NCBI GenBank assembly: GCA_030141605.1
Contig: JAQGDQ010000458.1
Location: forward strand, 62,001-126,000
Length of the DNA stretch: 64,000 nucleotides
Reading direction: 5' to 3'
Origin: Tubiluchus corallicola
Lineage: Eukaryota > Animalia > Priapulida
Part shown: positions 44,330-57,460 of the stretch, one piece after another
How positions within the stretch are numbered: the stretch's first letter is position 1
Layout of the letters: each line of letters begins with the position of its first letter
Notes under the pieces: generated by a model
Databases searched by the model: none
Told to the model about the DNA's origin: nothing
Seen by the model: the letters and a program-made list of their open reading frames with translations, nothing else
Made by a program: the position numbers and the translations under genes

Positions 44330-47300
44330 AAGAGAAGGAGAAAGAGAGAAAGAGAGAGAGAAAGAGAGAAGGGAAAGAGATTGAAGGACAGAAAGAAATA
44401 TATATAGAGAGAGAAAGAGTGTGTGAGAGATTTGATTTGATTTAACGCTTTATTTCGAATCAAAATTCATATTACAAGCAAAAAAATACATGCACCACAA
44501 TTACGCGATATCTACAACATTACATACTACATATACAAAAGATAAAGATAAATTATCCAGTGATGCTTAGTATCAAAAAGTGCCTAACTATAATTACTAT
44601 ATAACAAGATCCTCCACTGTCTTCTAATGTCAGGAGAGAGAAAGTGTGTTCTTGTGTGTGTGCGTGCGTGCTGTGTGTGTGCGTGCGTGCGTGCGTGAGA
44701 GAAGGGCAGATTGAAAGTGAGGGTACTGGAAATCTTGCATTGGCTGCCTTCGCTTATTGTTGGCTTTGAGCACCTTGAGGTGATTTTTTGGCCTATTCAC
44801 GTGATCAATTTGATCTGGGTCAGAGGCCTACTGTGACGTGAAGACGTGTCATGTTAAGTTATAAGATATTGTCGTTATCTGTTTACAATTGCTCATGATT
44901 TATATGCATGTATATTCTCTAATTATTTTAATAAACTTAAATTTAGTGTAAAAAAACAACTAGGTATTAGTTAATATAACAAGGCAGTAAATAACTCTTA
45001 ATTATGTAAAATTGACTTTTGGCTATTATTATTTTTTGTTATTTTTGGCACTAATTTCTTATGATTAGATGTAATGTTATGTTTTGGCAAATAAAGAGCA
45101 AAGAAAGAGCAAAAGTTAATCGAGCTTCGAATTTGGTTTTTGAAAGCCCAAACAGTGAGAGAGAGAGTGTGTGTGTGAGAGAGATGGAGAGAGAGAGATA
45201 GACTGGGACAGAGAGAGAGGAGAGAGGGAGAGAGACTGAGAGAGAAAGAGAGAGAGAGTGTGTGTGTGTGAGGGAGAGAGAGAAAGAGAGAGAGAAGGGG
45301 AGATTGAAAGTGAGAGAGAAGGAGAGCTTGAAAGTGAGAGAGGAGAGAGAGAGACAGAGAGTGAGAGAGAGACTGAGAGAGAGAGAGAAGGCAGATTGAA
45401 AGTGAGAGAGAGAGAGAGAGAGACCTTCGTTATTAAAAAAAAGTAAAATTTATTGTTAATTAGCGATTATTGTTACTTTAGTAACACCATCAAAATTTTG
45501 AGCCATCCAAGATTAAAACACAAATTCAAGTGCTCACATGTGCACATGACAACTACTAACTTGCTAGTCAAGAAAAAGAGGGTACTTGCTGATACAGTTC
45601 TTGAAGTAGGCAAAGTTGTAGCATCAGCAAACAGACTGTAAAATGTGATTTACGATCGCCTTACAAGGGATGTTAGTTGTGTCACACAAACCATCTTTGG
45701 TGTAACTACATTCAAATTCAAATTGTCATAGATACGAGTCAACTGAAGAAATATAATTTGTTAAAATTCTTGGAGTAACACATGTCTGAGCTAACACGCG
45801 GTATGCTAGTTAATGCTAATTCAAACATTGTCGTTGTAGCTAAAATTCTCTGTAAACACAACTTATAAGCACTTTTATGAATAGGACTTGTATAAAAATT
45901 GCATATACACGTATATGTACAGGCATATATATTGTATATTGTATATATACGTGTATATACATATATATGTATGTATGTATATATATATGTATGTATGTAT
46001 GTAACTCTGATATAGTATGATGGATTAGCAATTCCACATTGTAATTAACTAATTAATCATTGTAATTAAATAATTAGTCAGATTAATGTAATTCATACAT
46101 ATACATATATACATATTCATACATATAGTATGTCTCCTCGAGATAATTACATGATTTTGCTAATTGCTAACTAAAATTATATTAGTCAATAAATGCATTT
46201 CAATTCAATTCTGTCAGGAATGGCAGCAGTGTTGGAGAGGTACAACATAGTAATGAGAGGATCATTTTATCAGTAAAATTGACTGGACTCTCTGCTGTCG
46301 TTTAAACATTGCCGATTTTCCGATTTTTTTTTTGCACAAAACTTTTCCGCTGTTTTGGCTTTTTTTCAATGATCACAATTTGTTCTTTCAGTTGCAGTTG
46401 GAACCTGTCTCAAAGTTGAATGTGGAGTCTAAGTATCGTAGTCTTTGGCAAGCCGCCAAGTTGATACGAATAGAAGAGGGCGTTCCGGCGTTATGGAAGG
46501 GTCATATTCCCGGACAGGGCTGCTCTATAATTTACGGGATTTTCTTGGTAGGTTAGGTAGACGTGAAGTGTGTAAGGTTTTTCTTTGCTGAAATTTTTGC
46601 TTGCTGTCATAGAAACAAGATGGTGAAATGTTACGTCGGTGGTCATTTCTTTCATGTGTGAAAATGTAAAATTTATGATTGTGTAAACATTTGTTCAGAA
46701 TAAAGAATGCTCTAAAATATTGAAAACTACGATAGCTTTTTTAAAATCAAAGCTTAGATTAAATAATTATTACCTCGGATATTCAAATTTCGTTAAACTC
46801 TCATAGCTGCGCACGGCTCAGTGGATCTACTAAGAATGGCAACGGTGCCTTTTTGTCACATTCGCGTGGCCGACAAATAGAAGGCGGTACCGTGATAACC
46901 ATGATCATGAACTGCTGTGTTAGTTTCTGACGTAGAGCCCATTTTCCATGACATCATACGTTTAAACTGTACTGTAACACTTATGCAAACGTGCTTGACG
47001 CGCAAAGGAAGACGCCTGCCATTCCACAAACTTTGGTTAGTTTCTGACGTAAGCAATAACTGTGTTCGGTTGCCGTTAATTAACTTTCTAAGCTAATTAT
47101 TCAAATATAAGGAACAATTGTTAACTTTTATACGCAAGAAATTGTATATTTTGGACAGTAAATTAAAATGAGATTGAGTCTAAACAATCGTCCGGTCTTC
47201 CTTTAACTTGGACCTTTTGCTTACCAGACAGTCCAACTGGGCTGTTAGTGATTGGTCTTAAATGATTAACATCATGTTAAAATTATGTGCATGACTAGAG

Positions 47301-47457
47301 AAAGGGAAGAAAATGCCACTAGGTGCAGGAAATGATCTTAACTCTTGTCCATTTTTAAATGGTAAATATTTTTAAGTCTAACGCATTTCTATTGAGGAAA
47401 GGTCAGTTCTGAATTATTTAGCTTAGCTGACCAAGAAAATTGAAGAAAATAGCCGCA

Positions 47458-47499
<42 letters not shown>

Positions 47500-50400
47500 G
47501 ATAATTCTTTATTTTTAAAAACTGTGTACAGAATATATTCCCTCTATTTGTAGGGATATGTTTAAAATTTTCTAAAAGCATTTACAAAGTATTAAACCTA
47601 TTCACATTTATATATAATTTAGAATCCAACGCATGAGACACAATGAACGACAATGATCATATACAATAAACATAGTTACAAATTATAATCCAACAGTACA
47701 TACATACATAATAAAAGATAACGAACATATTTTAATACTTAACAAAAATTTACACACATTATACACAATGAAAAATAGCGAGTACAATTATAATAAACAT
47801 AATTACCAATTCTAATGTAAATTCACATAATCATAAATAACAACAAAACAGCATATGGAAAACACGACGAGAGTTGTAGAATTTCATCACCAACAGACTG
47901 TTTATATACGGGCGAAAGACGATAGGAATTCATCCGAGATAAGATTTGCAAAAGCATTTATAGCATTATTATCCCGGCTTATACGTTACTTATAAGTTAT
48001 ACCGTATTGTTATTACTGTTGATGGTTTGCACAGCAACTTTGTCGAGTGATACGTATGTAATCGTCAACGCTACTTCGTTTTGTATTCAAGAGCTTTTCG
48101 TTCGAATTTCGACGAAGATTCGACACCAGGTGTACGTAATGCGTGATCCGTGATCCATATTCACTTGACCGTGATCCGTATTCACTCGACCGTGATCCGT
48201 ATTCACTCGACCGTGATCCATATTCACCCGACTGTGATCGCTATCATCTGAATACGCATCACGCAGCAACACGCAGACGGGAAACCGCCGTTGCCTAGGT
48301 GATTATAACAAGCTTTTAAGTTTCTGTGACCATTTTCACTGTTTAGCTGTCTGAAAATTCTAATTAGGTGAGTTTTTGTCACTTTAGGACCTATAAATAA
48401 TAATTTTTTTTCGTATTTGACTTTTTGAGGGGTGGAGAAGTTTGTAGTGCATCGAACTACAGTTTTTTTCACTAAATGATGATACCTGTCATATTTGTTC
48501 TCTCCTCTGCAAAACGTTGTGCACCCAAAACCTGTGCTTTCTTTTAAATTTTTTCGTCTAATAGTGTGAAAAAGGCTTTTGTCAATATACGTGGCAACAT
48601 AAACCAAACTCCTTTAGTGACACAAAACTTTATTATTGACTGTCTTTTCTGTACACTACGTTGTGACTACTGATGCACTGTAGTCTAACTTGCTGTAAAG
48701 TTGTAATGTTGCTAAAGTTTATGAAGTTCATAAACAAACTCGTGAATCAGTTCACGACAAATAGTACAATAACAAGCTGATGCTGCAGCTGTAATTATCA
48801 CGCTCGAAAGAGACATGGTTTCCAAAAATTGCTTGAAATTTTCACGTTTGGCATAGCTGGAATCGGTTCAGTGATTGAAACTTCCCGAAGTCGGTATTGA
48901 ATTCACGAACAATTCTCTTCATGACAAATAGCGACAAAAACGGCTGAAAACGTGCCGCGAGGTTTGTCAATACGCGTAGCGTTTACAGACACATGGAAAC
49001 GGTCAATACGCATCACGCATTACGGATCACAGGTCACGCATTACGGATCACAGGTCACACATTACGGATCGCAGGTCACACATTACGGATCACAGGTCAC
49101 GCATTACAGATCACAGGTCACGCATTACGGATCGCAGGTCATGCATTACGGATCGCAGGTCACACATTACGGACCACAGGTCACGCATTACGGATCACAG
49201 GTCACGCATTACAGATCACAGGTCACACATTACGGATCACAGGTCACACATTACAGATCACAGGTCACGCATTACAGATCATAGGTCACACATTACGGAT
49301 CATAGGTCACGCATTACGGATCATAGGTCACACATTACAGATCATAGGTCACACATTACGGATCATAGGCCACACATTACGGATCATAGGTCACACATTA
49401 CAGATCACAGGTCACACATTACGGACCACAGGTCACACATTACGGACCACAGGTCACGCATTACGGATCACAGGTCACGCATTACAGATCACAGGTCACA
49501 CATTACGGATCACAGGTCACACATTACAGATCACAGGTCACACATTACGGATCATAGGTCACACATTACGGATCATAGGTCACACATTACGGATCACAGG
49601 TCACACATTACGGATCACAGATCACGCATTACGTGCGCATGGAGTTGTAACATTAGTCAGAATTTTTTTTGTAAATTTTACAGTTCATAAATGGGACTTA
49701 TTGTAGTTTTTATAATTCATTTTAGTTTGTGGCATTCGAAGGCATCACGACGAAGGTCTACCAGTTACTGCCGCATAAACTTACGACCGACTGGCGCGAG
49801 GAGGCACATTTCTTCTGTGGCGGTCTCAGTGGCGCCATCGCCAGCATTGCGGCGCAACCTATGGACGTACTACGAACGCGCATGATTGCGCAGGGAGAAC
49901 CAAAGGTCAGTAATAGTCCGGCGGCCAGTTATGTTCAAGTTTACAAAGACCATGATGTCAGAGCTCAGTGAATGTGTTGATCGTGTTTGTGGCAAGACGG
50001 GAATGTAGCTCATTTTCAAGGCAAATCCGCTAGGTTTGGCCACTGAAACTGCAACGGCATCTTAGCCGTGCGAGAACGTAAACACTTTTTTCATTTATGA
50101 GTTAAATAGCTGGAATCAGTTGAGTGATTGAAACTGCCCGAAGTCAGTATTGAACTCATGAACAATTCTGTGACCATGCTCAGTGAGTTTTTGTCTTGTT
50201 ACTTACAATACCTTCAACCTAGCTTAACTTAAAGCACAAGTATTCACTCTTCGTAAATGAAACTTATAAAATTCTTCTTGAAATTTTATATCACTTGATG
50301 ATGTTCGTCCTTCGAATCGAAGATGACCATAGTGACAGGGATAAAGGGTCAGTTTGGGGGGTTGTCATTCCTTTGATGAGCTCGAAGGTGACTGACTAGG

Positions 50401-53400
50401 CCAATTCTGGCCTGGAAACTTCTTTGGCATTTTTCACAGGTGAGGCTGGGTGTTTGGACCTGTTGTTGGGCAGTGTCACATGCCTTGCGTCTCCTGCGCT
50501 TCTCCTCTGCCTCCTCAATTCTTTTCGCCTCTGCTGTCTTAGCCCCTGTGGTGATGGCACTCCGCCATGCTGAGCGATCTTGTGCAAGGGTTTCCATTGA
50601 GCGGATATCCATGCTGAGCTCCTTGAGTGAGGCTTTCAGGCTGTCTTCGAAGCGTTTTTTTGGTCGTCCAACCTTTCTCTTTCCAGACACAAGTTCTCCA
50701 TAGAGCATCTTCTTTGGTATGCGGTTGTCTGGCATGCGAATCACATGTCCTGCCCACCGAACTTGTGTTTTGAGGAGGAGTGTATGGATTTTATCACTTA
50801 CGTGCTGTGTTATTGCGTAAATAGCAGTAATGCCGGACGAAAACTTGTCAATTTAAACTCCCGTGATGACAGTTAGGTGCAGCCATTTTAATATAACAAA
50901 ACAAAACAAATTTAGACGTACAAAGTATGAAAAAATAATCAAAGCATACATATGCACGCTTCACTAGCTAAGCAAAGTTTAATTTTAAATTACTTTACAT
51001 TATCAGTAAAATCAGTGATGCCTTTTGGTGCCCACTGGGATAGTGAAATAGTAGAGGTGTTTTACCAGGTGGCATGAACATTTTATATTGTAAATAATTT
51101 TCTTTTTTAGTTACATACCGTATATACTTATGTACAAGTCGAATTTTTGGGAGGCGATTTTAAGCTGAACTTTTTGGGGTCGATTTATACTTACGATATG
51201 TTTTTGGGAGATGTCGCTAAAGAGTCGTCTACAATATGAATATGTAAAGAAATAATCTTTCATTATACTCTGGTCTGAATGAACACTCATACTCTGATAC
51301 TTCACATCAGAGAATGTTCGCATCTTGACATTACTTCACAAAATTAACAAATATTACTGTCATTTATTTTAATGTACGTGAAATTAAGTTAAAATTTATA
51401 TATTACCGGTAAATAAACTAGCGACGGAGCACTCGACCAGAACGTGGAAATCGCCACTGTTGTGCAGGTGCTGCCGCCTGTCGGCTTCCGCGGGAAGTTT
51501 TACACTGGCCTTGTATATGCGTGTTTTATTGGCAAAATATCGATTAGCAGCATACACGCGTATATAAAACACTACTACGCAGAGGTATTAATTTTAGTAA
51601 ATTATTTTTTCCTTCAAATGGGAAGGTGATGAGCCACATCATTTACTCTGGAAGATCTTAATATTTTAGGGTCGACTTGTACACAGGTAATATATAGAAT
51701 GACGCAATTTTTGGTCTTAAAATGCACATCGACTTGTACATATGGTAAGTCTGTCAAACAGGTAAATGTATAGCAAAGTAATATTACTTTACATGGAAAG
51801 TTTTTTTAGTCGACTTTAAAATTATCTTTGCTTGTTCTTTAACACCAATACGCTAGCGAAACCCACCGCTGTTGATTCTGGCCTTTCCTCTAACAACCTG
51901 GTGATTTTGAGCAGCTTGTCTTACTAATAAGCCTTTTCACAGTATCGCTGTGCGCACGCGCAGTTGCTGTAGGTCAAAGGATAAGTGTACCACAGCAATG
52001 CGTCTTAACTACAACCGTCACGTGTGTAAAGCAAAGCCGTGTGCCACATCAATTCAGTAACTTACGTGTTACTTGGACTACATGAACATTACTTAATTAT
52101 GCATTAGTCTGTGCGCAGAGTGATTTACTAACAAGATCTTGCTTGGGAACGAGAAAAAATGAACTAGGTAAGGTTTTAGCTAGCTGTTAAAACTGTTACT
52201 ATTACAACAGCATGGGCTGTGAGGCGTTGTCAAGTGTACGCAAATGCATTGTCTGGTAAACTTAACCTTTGACCTTTTCACGATCATCATCAATTGCCCG
52301 GAACTGTGAAAAAGCTTCTGTCGATTAAGAATCTGTCGATGTTCCATGTTTGTTTCAGATTTATAGCGGGGTGGTTGACGCCGTGATCACGATGGCCCGT
52401 ACCGAAGGTCTCCCGGCGTTTTACAAGGGCATGGTGCCAACACTCATCCAGATTGCACCTTTTACCGGTTGTCAGTTTGCATTTTACTCCGGTTTCACTC
52501 GCTTATGGAACAATGTCTTTCATAATAGAAGTGATGAGAACTTTAACGAAAGCAGTAAGTAACAATTGTATTATATAAAAAATTCCTGTTAGATATTGAA
52601 AAAGTGCAGAATCTTAAGTAGGCCTTAAAGGTCGTAATCGTAAATAATCAGAAATTGTTTAAAAATACAGTGTTCCCTCGCTACTTCGCGGTTCGTTTAT
52701 CGCGACTCGCTGTTTCGCTGGTTTTCAAAAATATTAATGTAAAATATTTATCGCGGTATTTTCACTGTTTCGCGGGTTTTTGCAGTACTCAGTCTAAAGT
52801 ATTTTTGCACATGCGTGGTACGTATTGTCAGTAATGTATAGATTTGATGAATTTTGCATAAAATGGTTGAGGGTTATGTATAAGAGTGTGGGGAGGGTTT
52901 ATAAAGACTTAAAATAATGTATAACTACTAAAATAAGTATAGCGTCCCTACTTTGCGGAAATTCACTTATCGCAGGTGAGCCTGGAATGGAACACCTGTG
53001 ATAAGTGAGGTAACACTATAATACGTTGTTTAACACTGACCTAGTAGAACTCCATTAGGATTGGAGTTACATGATCAAATTACCTACTTTTAGTAACAGT
53101 TCTAGCAGCCTTATTCTGTATCAATTTCTTTTGTAAACACTAGAATTATTGATACTGTTTTGTCAATATACATTTGTCTACATATAGTTACTCACTGTAT
53201 GTACAGATTGGGATACTGATTGTGCATGACCTTTTCTTTTACGATCATTTGAGCATGAAATTAAATTGCATGTTATATTATTTTCCCAAGTTCATTGAGT
53301 CATTAATTAACGTTGATTTGCATGATATCAACAGTTATATTTTCATATTATAGTAACAATTTTGTTAGTTTCTGCTAATTTTATTTTCGTTTTCTTAGTT

Positions 53401-55039
53401 AAAAATTAGAAAATTTTATGTATAGAAAAACACAGGCAAATGAAATACATAATTTAATGAAATAATTTTTTTCTTTTTTAATATTACTATGGTACATATA
53501 TTTTTCGGTTTATCTATATATATATATATGTGTGTGTGTGTCTGTGTCTGTGTGTGTGGTTATACTTCAGTTTATATACAATTAATATGTAATTACAGCA
53601 CTACATAATACTAATTTAATACTCGGTTTGGGGTGGCTGATTCGATAACTAATGTTTTTTGCTACCCATTTATACCTATTTTTCTTTGTATTGTTATTGG
53701 GATGAAAAATAAATGATTTGTTGTAATGCGGAGTAAAGGGGTTAATACGTACTCACTGCTGCGTAGTTATACATACCAGTCTAAGCAGAAAACGTCGATC
53801 ATACTCGCAAAATTACTAAACTTTCTTGTAGGCATTGCCGAGAGAATCTTCTGCGGTTCGACGGCCGGCATGGCGTCGAAACTTGCCGTTCAGCCGCTTG
53901 ATTTCCTGAAGAAACGTTTACAGGTGGTCGGCTTCGAGGAAGCAAGAACTCCCTTTGGACAGGTAGGTTAAAGAGAACACGTTTTAGAGTGATGCGCAAG
54001 CTGTCAGACATTGGAATTATGCATTTTGTTCAATGTTCAAACTGCATTGCATTCCTTTTGATGTTGTATTTTGATCTCATAAGTATTTTCAATACTAGTA
54101 AATTTGTTAGATGCTCGTTTCACCGATAAGACACTCAATTCATGATTTAACTGTAACGGTGCAAAATGTAACTGCAAAACTAGCTCAGTTTCAGCACTAT
54201 GCTCACTTTGCGTAAGGATGTGAGTTCGATACCGCCAGCGGGTAGCACCGAAGATGTCAGCATTTTCTCTATCAATGTTAAATCCTCTCCTTTCCGTATT
54301 AACATGCCAAGCCCGTTAAACTACCAGAGCAAATGCAAGGCAACACTGTTGGCCATTTTTTTTCTAACCACTGGCATCGAGAAATATGGTGTGGGTGGAG
54401 ACTGTGGCATCCCTTTTGGCAGTGATGAACTCACACCAAAAAGCCTGGCCTTTGCAAGGGCTCGCCCTGTTGATCCGCTATCACCCAATTCCACATTTCT
54501 TTATACTTCAGCACATCGAAATGCAGCATTCAAGAGCAGGGCATACTAGATGTTTGTGGCAATACCAGAACATAGTGCGTTATAATCAAAGATATTCCTC
54601 TAAGATGAACCCACCGCACCGACTGGGCTGTCAAAAAAACAGCCTACATTTATGCATTATACCATGCAGTGTGAGCATCCAACCAACGTCGCCTGCACGC
54701 GGCCCAAATAAACCATCTACGCCTATCCACTCTGCCATGACACCTCCCGTAGCTGGGTTATCTGCTGTAGAAAATCACCGCTTGATATAAAAAATATATG
54801 CACGCATTTTTCAATGCAAATTGTTTAAACTGCTGTTTTTCTCACAGGTGAATGAATATACTGGCATGTCTCAGTGTATAAAAAGTGTGCTGAGAACCGA
54901 AGGAATATCGGGTTTCTACAAAGGCACCGTGCCGAGCCTGCTAAAGGCATCCAGCGTGACGTGCTGTAGCTTCCTCATTTATGAACAAATGTGCGACTTC
55001 CTGCGAATGTATCACAAGACCCACGATCACATGTCTTAG
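38824..55039 (+). CDS. SLC25A19: Mitochondrial thiamine pyrophosphate carrier, 327 aa; exons 38824-38952, 46392-46547, 49726-49905, 52359-52554, 53832-53962, 54848-55039
   Basis: MVGFDP...AIAGASSGVITRVVTQPLDVLKIRLQ/LQLE...ALWKGHIP.../...QPMDVLRTRMIAQGEPK/IY...FYKGMVPTLIQIAP.../...QPLDFLKKRLQVVGFEEARTPFGQ/V...FYKGTVPSLLKA. Three PxDxxK/R carrier signatures plus family-typical MVGxDP, WKGH.P, QGEPK and GFE.AR..FG motifs; all introns GT-AG and in phase. Confidence 0.95.
39256..39630 (-). mobile_element. 5S rRNA-derived SINE, copy 2 (full head, internal deletion)
   Basis: 118-nt 5S-like head at 39630-39513, RTE-like tail ending (CAAC)n, and a 12-bp target duplication TGAATCTAGACT at 39244-39255 and 39631-39642. 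Confidence 0.9.
39992..40320. mobile_element. MITE
   Basis: Inverted ends AGAGAGTTTCCGCTACAGTC / GATTGTAGCGGAAAGTCTCT. Confidence 0.65.
40570..40898. mobile_element. Harbinger-like MITE, inverted relative to the copy at 51927-52318
   Basis: Co-linear reverse-complement similarity over about 330 bp; end ACTGTGAAAAGGCTTA. Confidence 0.75.
41773..44116 (+). CDS. Secreted protein: signal peptide + PAN/apple-like domain + C-type lectin domain, ~230 aa; exons 41773-42052, possible microexon 42955-42975, 43704-44116; nested in SLC25A19 intron 1
   Basis: Exon 1 MIRYLVCLIAAIGSATC...KCAHLCSMRGSTCVGFNV...TCELS; phase-1 donor at 42053 and acceptor at 43703. Last exon CPEEFEEFRGGCYFFS...WSAARQTC...LVSIESQAE...FWTSGSDAAQEGTWIW...WNPSQPDN...YND...FICEK*; AATAAA at 44162. 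Confidence 0.88.
42525..42790 (-). mobile_element. Retroposon 3' end, same family as 10376-11112
   Basis: Closely similar sequence with a single copy of the ~92-bp unit. Confidence 0.75.
43268..43665. repeat. Degenerate (GAT/GAC)n microsatellite in the lectin intron
   Basis: Directly visible; source of the poly-H, poly-M/T and poly-I/V ORFs. Confidence 0.95.
45156..45423. repeat. GA-rich simple repeat (another at 44291-44430)
   Basis: Directly visible. Confidence 0.9.
48126..49642. mobile_element. Foldback-like DNA element with asymmetric 21-bp subterminal arrays
   Basis: Termini CCAGGTGTACGTAATGCGTGATC / GATCACGCATTACGTGCGCATGG; about 4 repeat units on the left (48145-48240) and about 29 in inverted orientation on the right (49012-49632). 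Confidence 0.7.
50297..50791 (-). mobile_element. 5'-truncated RTE-clade LINE (ORF C-terminus plus tail)
   Basis: RWAGHVIRMPDNRIPKKMLYGELVSGKRKVGRPKKRF...AQDRSAWRSAI...CEKCQRSFQARIGLVSHLRAH*; tail GGTCATCTTCGATTCGAAGGACGAACATCATC; target duplication TATCACTT (50289-50296 and 50792-50799). Confidence 0.92.
51118..51745. mobile_element. pogo/Tigger-like MITE inserted at a TA in another repeat
   Basis: Ends CCGTATATACTTATGTACAAGTCG / CGACTTGTACATATGG with TA duplication; the flanks rejoin as TTAGTTACATAAGTC. Confidence 0.7.
51927..52318. mobile_element. Harbinger-like MITE
   Basis: TIRs AAGCCTTTTCACAGT / ACTGTGAAAAAGCTT; related inverted copy at 40570-40898. Confidence 0.75.
52668..53018. mobile_element. 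Tigger-like MITE
   Basis: TA|CAGTGTTCCCTCGCT ... AGTGAGGTAACACTA|TA; TTCGCG-rich subterminal repeats. Confidence 0.75.
54181..54320 (+). mobile_element. Possible tRNA-derived SINE head
   Basis: A-box-like TAGCTCAG (54181) and B-box-like GAGTTCGATAC (54222) at tRNA spacing; no intact cloverleaf. Confidence 0.4.
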
Positions 55040-55854
55040 CATACTGACGCTGTTTAAGCGTTTACCGATATTACCGCATCGAGCGCTGCGCCCGAGTGCG
55101 GAGAGAGGGCCGGTGCCGTTGCGAGTATAGCAATCTCAGGCAAGTCAGTAAGTGGATCGGTGACTGTTGTGTGCAGATATCTACGGTATGACTACGGCGT
55201 GATTACAATGGATGGCATTTGGGGAGATGTAAGTTAGCGTGTAAGAGCAATGTGCCTTATAAGCGGATGAAAGTCTTGGGAGATGTTCCAGTAACAGAAT
55301 GAAGAACGGATTTGGTATGCCACGCCCTTGCTGACGATGTCTTTTGTTTTGTTTTTGTCTGTGATGATTGTGATAACTGATCAACTTTCGTCATTTTAGT
55401 TCATGTTGAAGAAAGCCAATTTACCAATATCTAGCAGCTGCTAACTAGCTCATTGAGGATCTCATCTTGGCTGAAGAAGCCAAAAAATTAATTTCTGGTG
55501 CTCTAAACCGGCACAAATGGAGTAACTTCTCCATGGCTCCTGCAGTTAATAATGCACAATGTCCATAACAATAGTTATTTATTCTGTAAACTACGTGTTG
55601 TGTGAACTGACCTTACCAACTGATGCTAGAATTATGCAGGGTAGTACATTTTTGTTATGCGGGGAGGGGTTGCACAAAAGCAGCGAGGAATAGTACCGAT
55701 CAATTTAGTACATCAGAGCACTGTCCAAACGAATCTACCACACCATACCCTCAAAGTTTAGTGTGTAAGTCTCATAAGTCTCGCACAGCCTGCATTCTTG
55801 AGGAGAATTGACTCAAAGAACTCAAGATCGTCCAGCATGTCTTGCAGATAGTGT

Positions 55855-56175
55855 GCTTATTTCGCAGACAGTACGCTTATTTCGCAGACAGTACGCTTAT
55901 TTCGCAGACAGTACGCTTATTTCGCAGACAGTACGCTTATTTCGCAGACAGTACGCTTATTTCGCAGACAGTACGCTTATTTCGCAGACAGTACGTTTAT
56001 TTCGCAGACAGTATGCTTATTTCGCAGACAGTACGCTTGTTTCACAGACAGTACGCTGGTTTCACAAACAGTACGCTGGTTTCGCAGACAGTACGCTTGT
56101 TTCGCAGACAGTACGCTTATTTCAGAGACAGTACGCTTATTTCACAGACAGTACGCTTATTTGACAGACAGTACG
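55855..56175. repeat. 20-bp minisatellite, ~16 copies
   Basis: Unit TTCGCAGACAGTACGCTTAT. Confidence 0.97.
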
Positions 56176-57460
56176 ATGGTGTAAGTCATGCAAAGCTTAG
56201 GCACTAAATGTGAGGGTAGATTCACCACTGTTCCAACCTTACCCCTCAAGACTGCAGACGGTGTGAGTCACGCAAAGCTTAGGCACTAAATGTGAGGGTA
56301 GATTCACCACTGTTCCAACCTTACCCCTCAAGACTGCAGATGGTGTAAGTCACGCAAAGCTTAGGCACTAAATGTGAGGGTAGATTCACCACTGTTCCAA
56401 CCTTACCCCTCAAGACTGCAGATGGTGTAAGTCACGCAAAGCTTTGGCACTAAATGTGAGGGTAGATTCACCACTGTTCCAACCTTACCCCTCAAGACTG
56501 CAGACGGTGTGAGTCACGCAAAGCTTAGGCACTAAATGTGAGGGTAGATTCACCACTGTTCCAACCTTACCCCTCAAGACTGCAGACGGTGTAAGACATG
56601 CAAAGCTTAGGCACTAAATGTGAGGGTAGATTCACCACTGTTCCAACCTTACCCCTCAAGACTGGAGATGGTGTAAGTCACGCAAAGCTTAGGCACTAAA
56701 TGTGAGGGTAGATTCACCACTGTTCCAACCTTACCCCTCAAGACTGCAGATGGTGTAAGTCACGCAAAGCTTAGGCACTAAATGTGAGGGTAGATTCACC
56801 ACTGTTCCAACCTTACCCCTCAAGACTGCAGATGGTGTAAGTCACGCAAAGCTTTGGCACTAAATGTGAGGGTAGATTCACCACTGTTCCAACCTTACCC
56901 CTCAAGACTGCAGACGGTGTGAGTCACGCAAAGCTTAGGCACTAAATGTGAGGGTAGATTCACCACTGTTCCAACCTTACCCCTCAAGACTGCAGACGGT
57001 GTAAGACATGCAAAGCTTAGGCACTAAATGTGAGGGTAGATTCACCACTGTTCCAACCTTACCCCTCAAGACTGCAGATGGTGTAAGTCACGCAAAGCTT
57101 AGGCACTAAATGTGAGGGTAGATTCACTACTGTTCCAACCTTACCCCTCAAGACTGCAGACGGTGTAAGACATGCAAAGCTTAGGCACTAAATGTGAGGG
57201 TAGATTCACCACTGTTCCAACCTTACCCCTCAAGACTGCAGACGGTGTAAGACATGCAAAGCTTAGGCACTAAATGTGAGGGTAGATTCACTACTGTTCC
57301 AACCTTACCCCTCAAGACTGCAGACGGTGTAAGACATGCAAAGCTTAGGCACTAAATGTGAGGGTAGATTCACCACTGTTCCAACCTTACCCCTCAAGAC
57401 TGCAGACGGTGTAAGACATGCAAAGCTTAGGCACTAAATGTAAGGGTAGATTCACCACTG
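56175..57460. repeat. 81-bp satellite, ~16 copies
   Basis: Unit GAYGGTGTAAGTCACGCAAAGCTTAGGCACTAAATGTGAGGGTAGATTCACCACTGTTCCAACCTTACCCCTCAAGACTGCA. Confidence 0.97.

Noticed and set aside
55855-57460. CRISPR-like array
   Set aside because: Head-to-tail repeats without unique spacers, eukaryotic context, no cas genes.
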